Source: Camelus ferus
Lineage: Eukaryota
Length of the DNA stretch: 64,000 nucleotides
Direction: 5' to 3'
Assembly (NCBI RefSeq): GCF_009834535.1
Contig: NC_045697.1
Location: 42,472,001 to 42,536,000 of the forward strand
Below, piece after piece: positions 13,895 to 25,069 of this stretch (position 1 is its first letter; each line of letters begins with the position of its first letter). Below the pieces are notes generated by a model. The model was not told the DNA's origin. It searched no databases and was given only the letters and a program-made list of their open reading frames with translations. The translations under genes and the position numbers were made by a program.

Positions 13895-13959
13895 CCCTAC
13901 ATATGTCGCAGATACTGCTCTGTTGTGCTGGCATTTCCCTTCTTAAAAAAAAGGTCAAA

Positions 13960-14600
13960 TGAAGAATACTACAACTGAAAGATAGGAACTAGGCATAGAA
14001 ATAGGTTTAGGGGAAGATAATCATTTCAGTTTTAGAGACTGAGTATAAAGTATGAAGCAAGTAATTGGGTAGGAGGCTGAAGCATGGGGAATGGTCCAGG
14101 CTGGGGATGTCAAGTTATGTAATCAGTGTGTAGAACTGAGTTCATAAAGGATTACTGAAAGGATCAGTGGAATGACAGCAGCACTTTGGAAAGCAAGAAC
14201 TGTAATGATCAGGCAGAAGAAACAGATTTGGTAAAGGAAACAGGAAGAATGCGTAGAGAATTTGAGAGCAGCCCAGAAGAAACAGTGTTATGTAAAGTAA
14301 GGAAGAGAGCAGCAGGTAGGGACAGTATTGGCATTTCCAGAATAAGGATAGAGAACCTCCAGGATAAAACGGAAATTATTTGATGCAATAGGAGATCACC
14401 GGTGGTTTTGGTGAGAGAAGTTTCAACAGAGGGCTAAAGTAAACGGGCAGTTGAACGACTCTTAGGAATTTGAGTGGAGGAATTGAGTATAAATGGAGTA
14501 TAAATAGGCCACTGCTTTGAAAAATTTGAAGGAAAAAAAAAAAGAGGAGATTGGGAGATTTCCCTCCCAACCGAACAATAAAGAGACTTGAAAATGTTTA
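13960..14600 (-). mobile_element. L2 fragment
   Basis: Purine-rich L2-like sequence (ggggaagataatcatttcagttttagagactgag; ggtggttttggtgagagaagtttca). Confidence 0.65.
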
Positions 14601-14613
14601 AAAAACTGAGGAT

Positions 14614-14617
<4 letters not shown>

Positions 14618-14646
<29 letters not shown>
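14618..14646. repeat. (TG)n microsatellite
   Basis: Read directly. Confidence 0.95.
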
Positions 14647-14648
<2 letters not shown>

Positions 14649-14790
14649 TCGGTCTTATTTTAACAGATGTTATTTTATAGATATGAAAGATGAAATTGCA
14701 TGGAATTTAAAATTAAAATCAATCAATGTTAATTATATTTAATAGTGTAAAATCCATGTACCTATGGTCAGTCTTTAATGTCATGGTATG

Positions 14791-15251
14791 TGTATTAGTC
14801 TGGGTCCTCCAGAATAATACAAACAAAATCAATAGGATATATATAATCTATAGATAAAATGAATAGATTCATTGTAAGGGATTGATTCACACAGTTATGG
14901 AGGCTGAGAAGTCCCAAGATCTGCAGCCGGCAAGCTGGGGACCCAGGAGAGTCAATGGCATAAGTTCCAGTCCAAGTTCCAGCCCAAAGGTGGGAGAAGA
15001 CCAAAGTCCCAGCTTAAAGACAGTCACACAGAGAGCATTCTCCCTAACTCTGCCTTTTTATTCTATTCAGGCCTTCTACGGATCAGATGAGGCTCACCTA
15101 CATTGGGGAGAGCAATCTGCTTTACTCAGTCTACCAGTTCAAATGTCAATCTCATCCAAAAACACTGTCACAGATACACCAAGCATAATGTTCACCTAAA
15201 TATCTGGGCACCCTGTGGTCCAGTCAAGCTGACACATAAAATTAGCCATCA
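14791..15251 (-). mobile_element. Complete ERVL MLT2(B-like) solo LTR
   Basis: tgtattagtc...cagtcaagctgacacataaaattagccatca, flanked by an exact 5-bp TSD GTATG (14786-14790 and 15252-15256). Confidence 0.92.
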
Positions 15252-16029
15252 GTATGGCTAAATAATTAACTTAAACTCAGTTTACTTAAAGAAAAATTAA
15301 TGTTTGTTATTGCATCCATAATCTAATTGATTTTATATGACTTCAATTTGAATTCTGAATGATTTAACTTCTTGACAAGGGGAGAACATAGAAATCTATT
15401 TATTAATGACTGGTTCCATCTGGAAACCTAAGCTATTGAGAAAATTTTTTAAATAAAACAAAGAAGCTGTAGGTTGTATTTTGGTTGACTTTGTTATTGT
15501 GTCCCTCTACCCCCATCCCATTGACTGGAAATTTCAAAAGTATAGCAAAAAAGGAATTCGATTTTTAAAGGCACATAAAGATAGCAGAAATGTCAGGAGA
15601 CAGGGAAGAACAGATGAGGAAGCACAAAACATTTCAGTGATGGAGAAAATCTAGAAAAAATTAGATCTATGTTTAATTTCATTTATAATTCCTTCCCCAA
15701 TACAATATTGTTTTGAAGATAGTGCATCCCCAAATTAGTGAGCATTCTGATTGCGATAACTAGACTCAATAGCCAATCTTAAAGAAAGCAAGTATGTTTT
15801 CTTGTGTTATTGTGACATATAGGAAAGAAGAAGGAAAAAATAACAAATTAGTGTTTCAATAAGAGAAAATAGTGTGCATCTGCAGTCGTCAATAATCCAG
15901 CATGTTTTATTCATCCTTTTATTTGGTATACTTTCTTAAGTTATGATAGTTCCTAATTGCTTGATTCAAAGCTTTTCTATATGAATTGGAAAATTTTTGT
16001 AGAGTGAAATGATGTTGCCAAAATTGGAA

Positions 16030-16980
16030 CAATAAAAAGCCAGAACAGACACAGTCATTGTCCTCACTGAATTTACAGACATGTCACTTATTAACATATA
16101 AAACTATAAAATTGCATCTGTGATGACTGCTGTGAAGGAAGGTTGAGTGGTTCTATGAGTTTTTAATGGTTGGATTTTGTGAATTAGGTAGTTCAGTGAA
16201 GGCTTATTGAAGACAAATGAAGAATGGAGGAATGGGAATAGACTGTGCAAAGGCCCTGTGGCAGATGGAGCATGCCAAGATAGAGGAACTGAAAGCAGAC
16301 CAGGGTGACAGCAGCAACTAAAGAACAAGAAATCATGATGTGAACTGACACTATAGAGGTGTGTCGTGAACCAACCATGTCAGGTTCTGAGAGGCACTGA
16401 AAATTTTAAGAGAGAACAATGGATTGGAAAGGATCCAAATGAATGTAGGTAAACCGGATAAAAGATTATTGCAGTTGTGAAAGTGAGACTAGGGTAGTGC
16501 CAGAGAAAATGGAAAGGTTAGTATTCCAGAGATACTTAGGGAGTGAATTGACAGTAGCTGGCAATAGACTTGAAGCAGGGAATGAGAGAAATCGAAGAGT
16601 TAAGGATATTGTCTTTTGAGGTTTCTGAGTAAAACAATAAAACAAAAACTCCACTCAAGGAGAAAGTTTTAAAATACAGTTCTTGCACAAGTTTGAGGAT
16701 TATATATAGCAATAGAGGACAGGAGCAAATGCTTATTAGACTTCAAATATAAACTGTTGGTAATGATTTGCCGCATTAGAGCAGAATGGAGATATTTCTG
16801 CACCATCCTGTACATGCTTCTGTTATAATTCTTAAGACATAATAATGTTTGGTTTACATCTGTCTCCTTCACTGGAATGTGAACTACATGAGAGCATACA
16901 CTAGGTCTTATTTATATCTCCTGCAGGCAATCAAGTTTCTGGCATAGCAGCCCCTTACATACTTGCAAAGTGAAATAATT
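16030..16980. mobile_element. L2 fragments (- strand about 16030-16640; + strand 3' end about 16800-16980)
   Basis: gtgcaaaggccctgtggcagatggagcatg; ctccttcactggaatgtgaactacatgagagca. Confidence 0.7.
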
Positions 16981-17396
16981 AGATCAAGAATCAAACTTTA
17001 AAATTTTCTATTTTCCAAATTATTTTAGTGTGGTTATGCATTTAGAAACAAAAAATCTTTATATAAAATTTACCAAATTCATAATTCCAAGTTAATAACT
17101 TCATTTACTCATTTACATTTTATCCGTAAAACTAAATGTTGTTTTAGCTAAACGAGCCTCGTTACTGATACTGATCAGATTTAACTGTTGGCTGGCTTTG
17201 AAATAATACTAATAACAACAACCGCAGCTAACATAGAATATAATCTGAAATTTCTGTAAAGGAGGCTGATTAATTTTACATCACCAGCATAGTACTTTTT
17301 AGCATGATTAAAGGATGTGTGGAATAAATTAATAGCTTTTTCTTGAACTCCTTTATCCTCTTACAGATGTGTCAAAGACCACTATGTTTTTCATTC

Positions 17397-17415
17397 TGGT
17401 CAGCAGATGGCACTG
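17397..17415 (+). promoter_or_regulatory. Candidate CTCF binding site
   Basis: TGGTCAGCAGATGGCACTG aligns with the CTCF core motif (TGGCCACCAGGGGGCGCTA-type) and sits in apparently non-repeat sequence. Confidence 0.6.
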
Positions 17416-19959
17416 TTTACTTTACTTAAGTAATCCAATGAGCTCCCTCCCTCTCTCTCTCCCTCTGTCCCTCTCTCTGTCTCTAGGCCTCTCTCTCTCC
17501 CCCAACCCCACCCCCTGAATCCTTTGACTTTTGAAATTCAGACTCAGCCTATTAAATTACATAGTATTTTTGACAGTTAACTTTACCCTTTTTGACCTAA
17601 AAATAAATATTATAGAATGAGGGTTGCTCTAGATAAAAAAAATAATTCACATTTCTTTTAGTCTACTCAAACTTTCTTAAATTCTGTTTTTTCCTTGGTG
17701 TATTGCAAATAATTGTTCTCATTTTTGTAAACAACAGGAAAACCCAGTTTATTTTACTTTGTTCCTTGGCTTTATTTCTGAGAAACATCAATGTTGAACA
17801 GTAGATCTGGAAATAAAGTTAAAATTATATTTAATGTGGCACAGTTAAAAGTTTCACTGGGCTTCAGTTTCTTACTTATAAGATTAATCGTTTCAACTCT
17901 GAAGTCTTTGAACTTGAGACTGAGCCAGGAGATCTTGATTTTATTCAGAGTGCCACCAAATAGACATTAAATGACCTCTAATAAGCCATTTCCATTTTTT
18001 TGCTAACATTTTTTTGAGTGAAATAAATCTAGTTTATATACTACTATATTTAACTTATAAAAACATTGCCAAGATATTGTTTTAAAAGTCTGAACTCTCT
18101 ATAAAGAAATATAAGGAACTGAAAATCAAGAGAGCTTTCCAACTTTAATAAGAAATAAAATTCATTAATAGTGAAGTGTTAAAAAGTTCTTTCTATTATA
18201 ATCATGATCATTATGATGAGCAAGGCAAAAATTGTTACTATTACAGTTTCCTTTTATGTGGTCATGTTACTCTTCAAAACATAAAGAAGCTTTACCTTTT
18301 TTTACTTACTTAGGTGAAAACACAAAAACAATACACCAAGCTACAAATCCCCAACCCCCCCAAGAAAAACACAAAACAAATGCTTCAGTACCTCCTTTGA
18401 ATGTATTTGTAAGAACAGAAAAAGTCTCTAATTAGAACTTTCTAAAAGCATTTTTCCCCAATTAGATTGCAGTAATGACTCTAAATGGCACTGTCTCGAG
18501 GACAGCTCATCAGTTAATTATAAGGAGTTCTCCAAATTGAGGAGTGAAGAATGATACTAAATTTTAATCAGTGCAGATAAATATGGCTTGTCATTACTCA
18601 CTTGATATTTTAGACAGTCCATCTAAAGAGGAAGAGGTGTAGCAGAAATATTATTGTCTTTTCTAAAAGAACAGAGATTATGAGCATAAAACTGAACATT
18701 TACCCAAGACTATATTCTTGTCTGGAGTATGGTTTTTATAGTCATTCAATTCCCATGATCCCCAGAGACTGTCATTTGCTTGCCCATTTATTTTCCATCT
18801 GGCTCTGTCAAACAAGGGAAAACAATATGGCATTTCTATTATTGTACCTAATAGCTTAGGAAAATGCATACATGTTTTTAAAACAGTAGTTATGCAATTT
18901 TAAAATATGTTGATTGAGGCTTCAATTCCTTTTAATTTTTGTGTTCCAGAATAATTTAGCATACTGTATTCTAGTAATAAGTATCTTAAAATTCTATAAT
19001 TTATTTATATTTGTCTCTGCGATAATTCTACCTGTTCGTTTAAATTAATTCATATTTAGTCTTAAATGCAAATGTAAAGAAAATAATTGTTTAAATAACA
19101 AATTGTCAATACATATAATTTATCCTAACAATTATCCAAAATTGCTATTTTCTATTATTTTTAATTTTCTTCTTACTTTTCGATATTTTTCGTGATCCTT
19201 TTATCTCCATCTTCCTCAATTTAAAGTTGTGCCTTGCTTGTTCATGTTCATAGAATTTTCAATTGTATTAAAAACAAATATGGGTTTTTTTGTTTATTGT
19301 CACAGATATCCTCTTGATTGTTATTCTCCACAATCGCCTTATTCATGAATTGTAAGTTGGGGACTGGGCTCTGCTTAGAAATAGCCCTTCATGTTTGCTC
19401 CTCTATTCCCAGAGGAGCTTGCTGCACATGCCTCGATCCCTTCCCATCTGGCCTCTGCACAAAGGGTTTACCCGACTTTAACACAATTCTTTGTTTTATA
19501 GAAGACCCTGAGTTTATCTGAGAGTGAATACATATGAAACAATAATCATGTTGCAGGAGAACCTGATCTGACCTTTTTTTTTAATTCCCGAACCCTATGA
19601 GGACAGAGAAACTACACTTAGCCAGCAACAAAGACTAAAGAAGGTAAGGGCTGTAATGATGACACATCTCAAACAGGGCTGCAAAAAAGTAAATGTGAAG
19701 GATCTGATTTTTCTGGGTGCTGTACATTATTACTGTGCTTATGTTTATATGAGTTCAGTAAAAAAGGAAAAAGCTTGCTACATTTATATCACTTTTTTAT
19801 CAGTATTTTATCTTTTTGTCAATATTTATTTTGTATCACTGAAAAAACCTTTGTGAGATTTTTAGTTGATAAGATATTAACAAGAAAGGGCCACCCTTGC
19901 ATACTGATCTGTCTGTGAACTTTAATGCAGTATATTTTCTTCAACAGAAAAATGTTTAT

Positions 19960-20205
19960 GGGGGCGGGAAGGGATAACCTGGGAGTTCAAGATTTGTAGA
20001 TGTTAACTACTATATATAAAACAGATAAACAAGTATATACTGTATAGCACAGGGAACTATATTCAATATCTTGTAGTAACTTATGGTGAAAAAGAATATG
20101 AAAATGAATGTATGTATGTTCATGTATGACTGAAGCATTATGCTGTACACCAGAAATTGACACAATGTAAACTGATTATACTTCAATAAAAATACATACA
20201 AAAAA
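19960..20205 (+). mobile_element. L1 3'UTR end with poly(A) remnant and TSD
   Basis: ...catgtatgactgaagcattatgctgtacaccagaaattgacacaatgtaaactgattatacttcaataaaaa; TSD agaaaaatgtttat (19946-19959) / ggaaaaacatttat (20206-20219). Confidence 0.92.
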
Positions 20206-21327
20206 GGAAAAACATTTATAATTAAAGTGTTAATGAATAAAAAATGTAGAACTCTTCTTTCTTCAGTGTAGATAAAATCAGAATGATAAGTTTCCTGAAA
20301 CTTCATATTTAACTGAAAACCCTCCTTTAAAAATGCATGCTGTCCTGTGTTTAAAAGAAGTCAAATGATTTTCTTACTCTGTATTCATGGTATCCAATTT
20401 TATTCTTTCTACAAGTATTCAGTTGTATAAGGAAATACTTAAGAATCAGTAATTTTGTGGTAAGTTTGTCTTGTAATAGACTGGAGAAACACAAAATCTA
20501 ATAAATAATAAACACCAAAAGGCCAAAAAGAAAACACACACACAGCCCCCTCACACTATATAGGTGCTTTGTTTTCAATAGTTTATTCTAAAATATATTA
20601 CACAAAGCTGTCTCATTTTATTTGGGTTTAGAAGAGTTTTAGATGCTGATACAAGATGTTGATTTCAAATAGAAAAATTAGTGGTATTGAAAGATGGCAA
20701 CTAAAATCTAGAACCTAACTAGGTACAGGTTACTTTGTGAGGCTCAAAGAAAAAGATTAGAACCCCACCTCTCTGCTCCCAGAAACATAAATATTTTTTA
20801 TTAAAATATATTTTTAGGGTAGTTTTGACATTCTTCTCAAACAGCATTGAAATGCTTGCATTTTTATAACATAATTCTACATCTGAACTTAAAAAAAGTC
20901 ACTTTGAAGTAGAATATAAAACATTTTAAAACACTTCTTCCCACACAGCCTACTGAAGTGACTAACCTTTGAACACACGTAGTCGTTTTACTCTGAAAGG
21001 GCAAGGTGCTTTTTCTTTCTTTCTTTTTTTTTTTTTTGATAGGCATTGTTCCAAAGAAGCAGAAACTGTGACCCCCCCCCCAAGTGCTCACATATAATAT
21101 CCCCTGTATTTGTCAGCAGTGCTGAATATTTAAGTAATCCGTGAGTGAATCCTTACAAAAGGGTCCAATTTGACAAAGGCCAAGTGACTAAAAAGAAGCA
21201 AACAGCAAGTCCAGCTTGTTTCATCTTTATTAGAGGAAATTCTGTAGATTGCCGTGTTAGGAAAAACAAGTTTGTCATGACAGTATTACCACTTCCCCAC
21301 TCTGAGCCTGTTTAAGGGAGTCCACTC

Positions 21328-21640
21328 ATAATTGCTGACTCAGTTTGCCTCCAGAACTAATGTATGCTCCAAACAGTCCACTGGGTTGATTAGAAACAAG
21401 CAACAGAGGGGCAAACTGACGATCACTTAGCAGTTTTAGGTTTACCAAAGCGTGCTAATTGGTTTGTTAAGATTGCAAGGGTGTAAACAATGCCCTTTAC
21501 AGGAATGGAAGAAAAAAACCCACAAAAACCAAAAAGCAAAACCCTAAAATGTTAAGGCGACCGGTTCAAGGTCACGGAGGGAAGGCAACTGAGACTGGGC
21601 TCTTCAACTCCTCGCTCCTTTATTGGACCTGAGTCAAACG
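21328..21640. promoter_or_regulatory. Proximal promoter motif cluster (ARE/MARE, FOXO, ERR/SF-1, CCAAT, AP-1)
   Basis: TGCTGACTCAG 21333-21343; GTAAACAA 21483-21490; TCAAGGTCA 21566-21574; ATTGG 21622-21626; TGAGTCA 21630-21636. Confidence 0.4.
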
Positions 21641-22243
21641 CGACACCATCAAGGAGTTTCAAAGCTGCGTAGTAAAACAGCTAGCGTGGGCAGTCCTTTT
21701 GTACTCCAGCTAGAGTAAAATTAACGCAGCCTCCAGTCCTCCCATCGCTGCCTGACAGCATCCAGCAAATAGGTGTAGGGTTTAGGAGAGCAGAACCCAG
21801 CTGTCCTTTCTCAGCTGAGTCTTTAGAGAAATTGGAGCCAGGAGGGTGAGAGGGGCAGGGGCTGGGAGAGGGAAAAGGAAACAGCTGAGAGCAGGACCAG
21901 GGAAAGGAAGGAAGCGGGGGTGTGTGCCTCTGGGAGGGAAGCGGAGGGGGGAGAAGGACAAGAATGAAAAGGGGGCCGAACTCAGGCTAAGAGAATCGAG
22001 CGCCCGTTGCCTGCAAAAGGGGGCGAAGGAGGCCAGTAAGAGTGAGGGGAAAGCGGGAAGCAGAAGGAAGGGAAGGAAGTAAGGAAAGAGGAAGGAAAGG
22101 CAGGAGGGTTAAGAGGAAGAGCGGCTGCAATTTCTGCGGCCGGCTCAGTAGGAGGAGCAGGAGGGGAAAGAGGAGGATCCAGAGTCAGTCAGTCAGGCAG
22201 CCAGCGGGAGGTGGAGAAAGCAGGAGGAGGAGGAGGATTAAAA

Positions 22244-22321
22244 ATGGCCACCAACAGCTGCGGGAGACGGCAACAGCCCCTCACTTCCCGGGATGGTCCC
22301 TGCGGGGCGGCCCGGTCTTGA
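22244..22321 (+). CDS. uORF1, 25 aa MATNSCGRRQQPLTSRDGPCGAARS
   Basis: AAAATGG strong Kozak context; open to TGA at 22319-22321. Translation not shown. Confidence 0.55.
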   Translation: MATNSCGRRQQPLTSRDGPCGAARS

Positions 22322-22355
22322 TGGAGAGGAGAAGCCCGAGAAGCGCCGAGGCTGA
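22293..22355 (+). CDS. uORF2, 20 aa MVPAGRPGLDGEEKPEKRRG (+1 frame)
   Basis: GGGATGG context (-3 G, +4 G); TGA at 22353-22355. Confidence 0.4.
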   Translation: MVPAGRPGLDGEEKPEKRRG

Positions 22356-22458
22356 GGCGGCGGCGGCGGCGGGGACCCAGCGAGGAGAAGGACGTGGGGG
22401 AGCAGGGAGCCGGCCAGGAGAAGGGAGAGGCGGCGGCGTCGCTGCCCCGGCCGCCTAG
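22321..22458 (+). CDS. uORF3, 45 aa MERRSPRSAEAEAAAAAGTQ...VAAPAA (+2 frame)
   Basis: Its ATG shares the A of the uORF1 stop (TGATG); ends at TAG 22456-22458. Confidence 0.4.
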   Translation: MERRSPRSAEAEAAAAAGTQRGEGRGGAGSRPGEGRGGGVAAPAA

Positions 22459-24218
22459 CGCCGCTGCCCGCCCCCGCCGACCGGCTCCCGCACCTGGCGG
22501 CCGCAGCATCGATCCCGGCCCGAAGCCCCGTCCCCCGCAGCGGGGCTCCAGGGCCCCGCCGCGGACGCCGCCCCTTCCCCGTCGCCGGCCCGCCGCGGTC
22601 CCCGCTCCGGGCCAGGCCCGCCCGCGCCCACCCGCCCTCCGGTGAGTACCCCCTGCCCGCCGCCCCCCGCCCCGGCCCCGCGCCCGGCGCGCCTCGGCCG
22701 CTTTGTTCGTGCGGGCCGGAGGCGCTGCCCACTCGCGGCCCTGCGCCCGCCGCCCCTGGGGACAGGCCGCGGCCCAGCTGCCGTCCTCCCCCGGGACCGC
22801 GCTGCCCCGGAGCCGCCGCCGCCTCCAGGGCTGGCGGCCTGGCCTGTGTCCACCCTCGCGGCCTGGAGAGGGCGCCGTCGCGGTCCGCTTGGGGTCGGGG
22901 TCACGGGCCGTCGGCGATGCGGAGCGATGCTGGGGTGCTTCGGGGGATGAGGAAAGAGAGGGCTGGACATTACCTCCAGTGAGCAGTGGGGGCGTAACCT
23001 GGCGGTCCAGGAATCCAGGTCCGGTCGGGGCCTCTCTGCCAGACCCGGCAGGGTCTCGGTTTCCGGACCCCCCGCCCCCGGGCACAGCCGAGCGAGGCCT
23101 CCATCCCTCGGGCGCTGTCTCCAGGGCTGCGGGCCTCTCCTGGCTTATTCCCGAGCCCTGCTCTACCCACCCCCTCCCCCCACGCCCTGTGCTGGAAACC
23201 TTCGTTTATGGAAGCAACTGGAGATGCTCCTGGGGAGTGTTGGCCCTTTTATTCTCTTGGACGGGGGATGCTGTGGCATCGCAAACATTCACAGTTAGTG
23301 GGGTTTAAAGAGCAGATATGACCTTTCCGACCGGCAGACCTGGCCAGTGTTTGATCCTCAGGTGCAGCGTTTCATTGATTTTTACCATTCAATTCTGAGA
23401 TCTGCAATATTTGGTCTTCCCTTCACTGAAATAATCTGATAAAACCGATCGAAAAGATGTTTACTATATATATGAACCCTTGCCTCGACTCCAGTGCCTT
23501 AAAAATGGTTGTTTCCTGTGGGAAAATGGTGTTAATGCGTACGAAAAACTATTTTTTGTTCCGTGATGGGCATGAGTTGGTTAGTGCCGAGTGATTATTG
23601 TAGTCTGAAAACCAAACAATTAAAAAAGAAAAGCAGAACCTTTTGCTTTGAGATCGCAACATATTTCCAGGTTGGAATTATTTGATAGCAGATTTAGGAC
23701 GGTTTTCACCATCGGGCTGTGTTACAAATAAACAACATAAACATAACTAAAAATATGTTTATTAAGAAAAAACTAGATGCGGTCTAGCAAAATAAAAATC
23801 TCGCTTAAAAAGAAAAAACTTTAACATGGGACTCTAAGCATAGGAATTAGTTGGTATGTTTCTTTTTAATTTAAAAATGCATATTGCATTAGACTGACTT
23901 GAAAACTCTTCCTGCACGTTAAAGCATCAGTAATGCATGATAACTTTGAACCATTCATTCTTGGGCTGGTAGAAATACAGGTTTCTCCAACTAGTGTCTT
24001 TTTTTCTGAGTTGAAATCAATTCATGTAAAAAATGTTATGTTTCTAGTTTAAAATTTCTGCAAAAAGGAGATAATGAATTAGAAACATGATGTTTAAGTC
24101 TTACTTGCAAAACCTGTTTTTTAAAAAAGTAAATGACAGTGTAATATTTTGGTTGGATTCTCTACTTTGAAGATTCTTAAATTCCACTTCTCAACTTCGC
24201 AATTTTAAGAGTTTACAT

Positions 24219-24379
24219 CAGGTGGTTTTAATTTCATTCATGTGCTTCAGAGGGTCCTTGAATCCTTGAAAATCATATGCAGAATGTAGCATATATTTGC
24301 ATTTTTTTCTGGGTGAAGAATCTATGGAGTCATCACATTCTCAAAAGATCTGGCTAAGCAAAAAATTATGAACTACTAG
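24219..24379. mobile_element. hAT-Charlie non-autonomous DNA element (MER117-like)
   Basis: caggtggtttt...gcttcagagggtccttgaatccttgaaa...catcacattctcaaaag...gaactactag, with degraded TIRs. Confidence 0.6.
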
Positions 24380-24534
24380 ATATGTAATTAAAGAATAAAT
24401 CTCCTATATTTGGAAAATTAAAATTCTTAGAATTAGGCTTGATTAATTTATATCTCCACTTCCAATCATGTCTAAGAAATGTTTGTTATTAAGGCTTTAG
24501 CACATTGAAATCATTTTTCATGCATTGTTATTGA

Positions 24535-24685
24535 AATCTCAGGAAAATGTTAATCCCATTTTACAGATAGGGCAGTAAATATTTAGAGATGCTTGTTCAA
24601 AGTCACATAGCTGCTGATGGGCCAGCATTTGAGCCCAGACTGTCTGAAGCCAGAGCCAGCACTCTTAACAAGACTGCACTGGGCT
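24535..24685 (-). mobile_element. MIR SINE
   Basis: atcccattttacagat...aaagtcacatagct...tttgagcccagactgtctga. Confidence 0.8.
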
Positions 24686-25069
24686 CCAAGTCAATTTGCT
24701 TGATGTTAAAATGAGTAATTGATGTTTCCTTACAATTGAAAAGTGGACCTGACGTTATCATAACAAAAGATAAGGTATTTTAGAGCCACTGGCTCCAGAG
24801 TAGGAAGAGACCTTCATGATACTAACCTCTCTTAATGATACTAGTCTGAAATGACACTCAAATGACATTTTTACAGCATCCTCTGTCCCTCTGTTTTTTA
24901 TACTTCCTGTGATTACAAGTTCACTTTTTTGACATTTTTTATCATCTTCTATTTATGTGAGTTAAAATCTGCCTTCCTGATATTTCCACTGATAAGTTCC
25001 AGTTTCTCCTTTTGTATGTATGATGCATTTGTCATCCATAAAAGAATCAAGAAATAAGTGACTCCTCTA

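Larger units (their letters stand above)
22185..22641 (+). other. WDFY3: Non-coding exon 1 (5'UTR); start approximate
   Basis: Inr-like tcagtcagtcag near 22185; YY1-like AAAATGGC at 22241; donor CCG|GTGAGT at 22641/22642. Matches my recall of the human WDFY3 5'UTR (not database-verified). Confidence 0.85.
21950..23200. promoter_or_regulatory. WDFY3: CpG island promoter
   Basis: Abrupt GC- and CpG-rich block in otherwise CpG-depleted DNA; GC boxes; no TATA box; contains a canonical splice donor. Confidence 0.95.

Noticed and set aside
22189..23085. 298-aa minus-strand ORF and other long ORFs over the CpG island
   Set aside because: Mostly non-ATG starts (the 298-aa ORF starts at GTG), low-complexity G/R/A/P composition and no recognisable domain; long open frames are expected in very GC-rich DNA.
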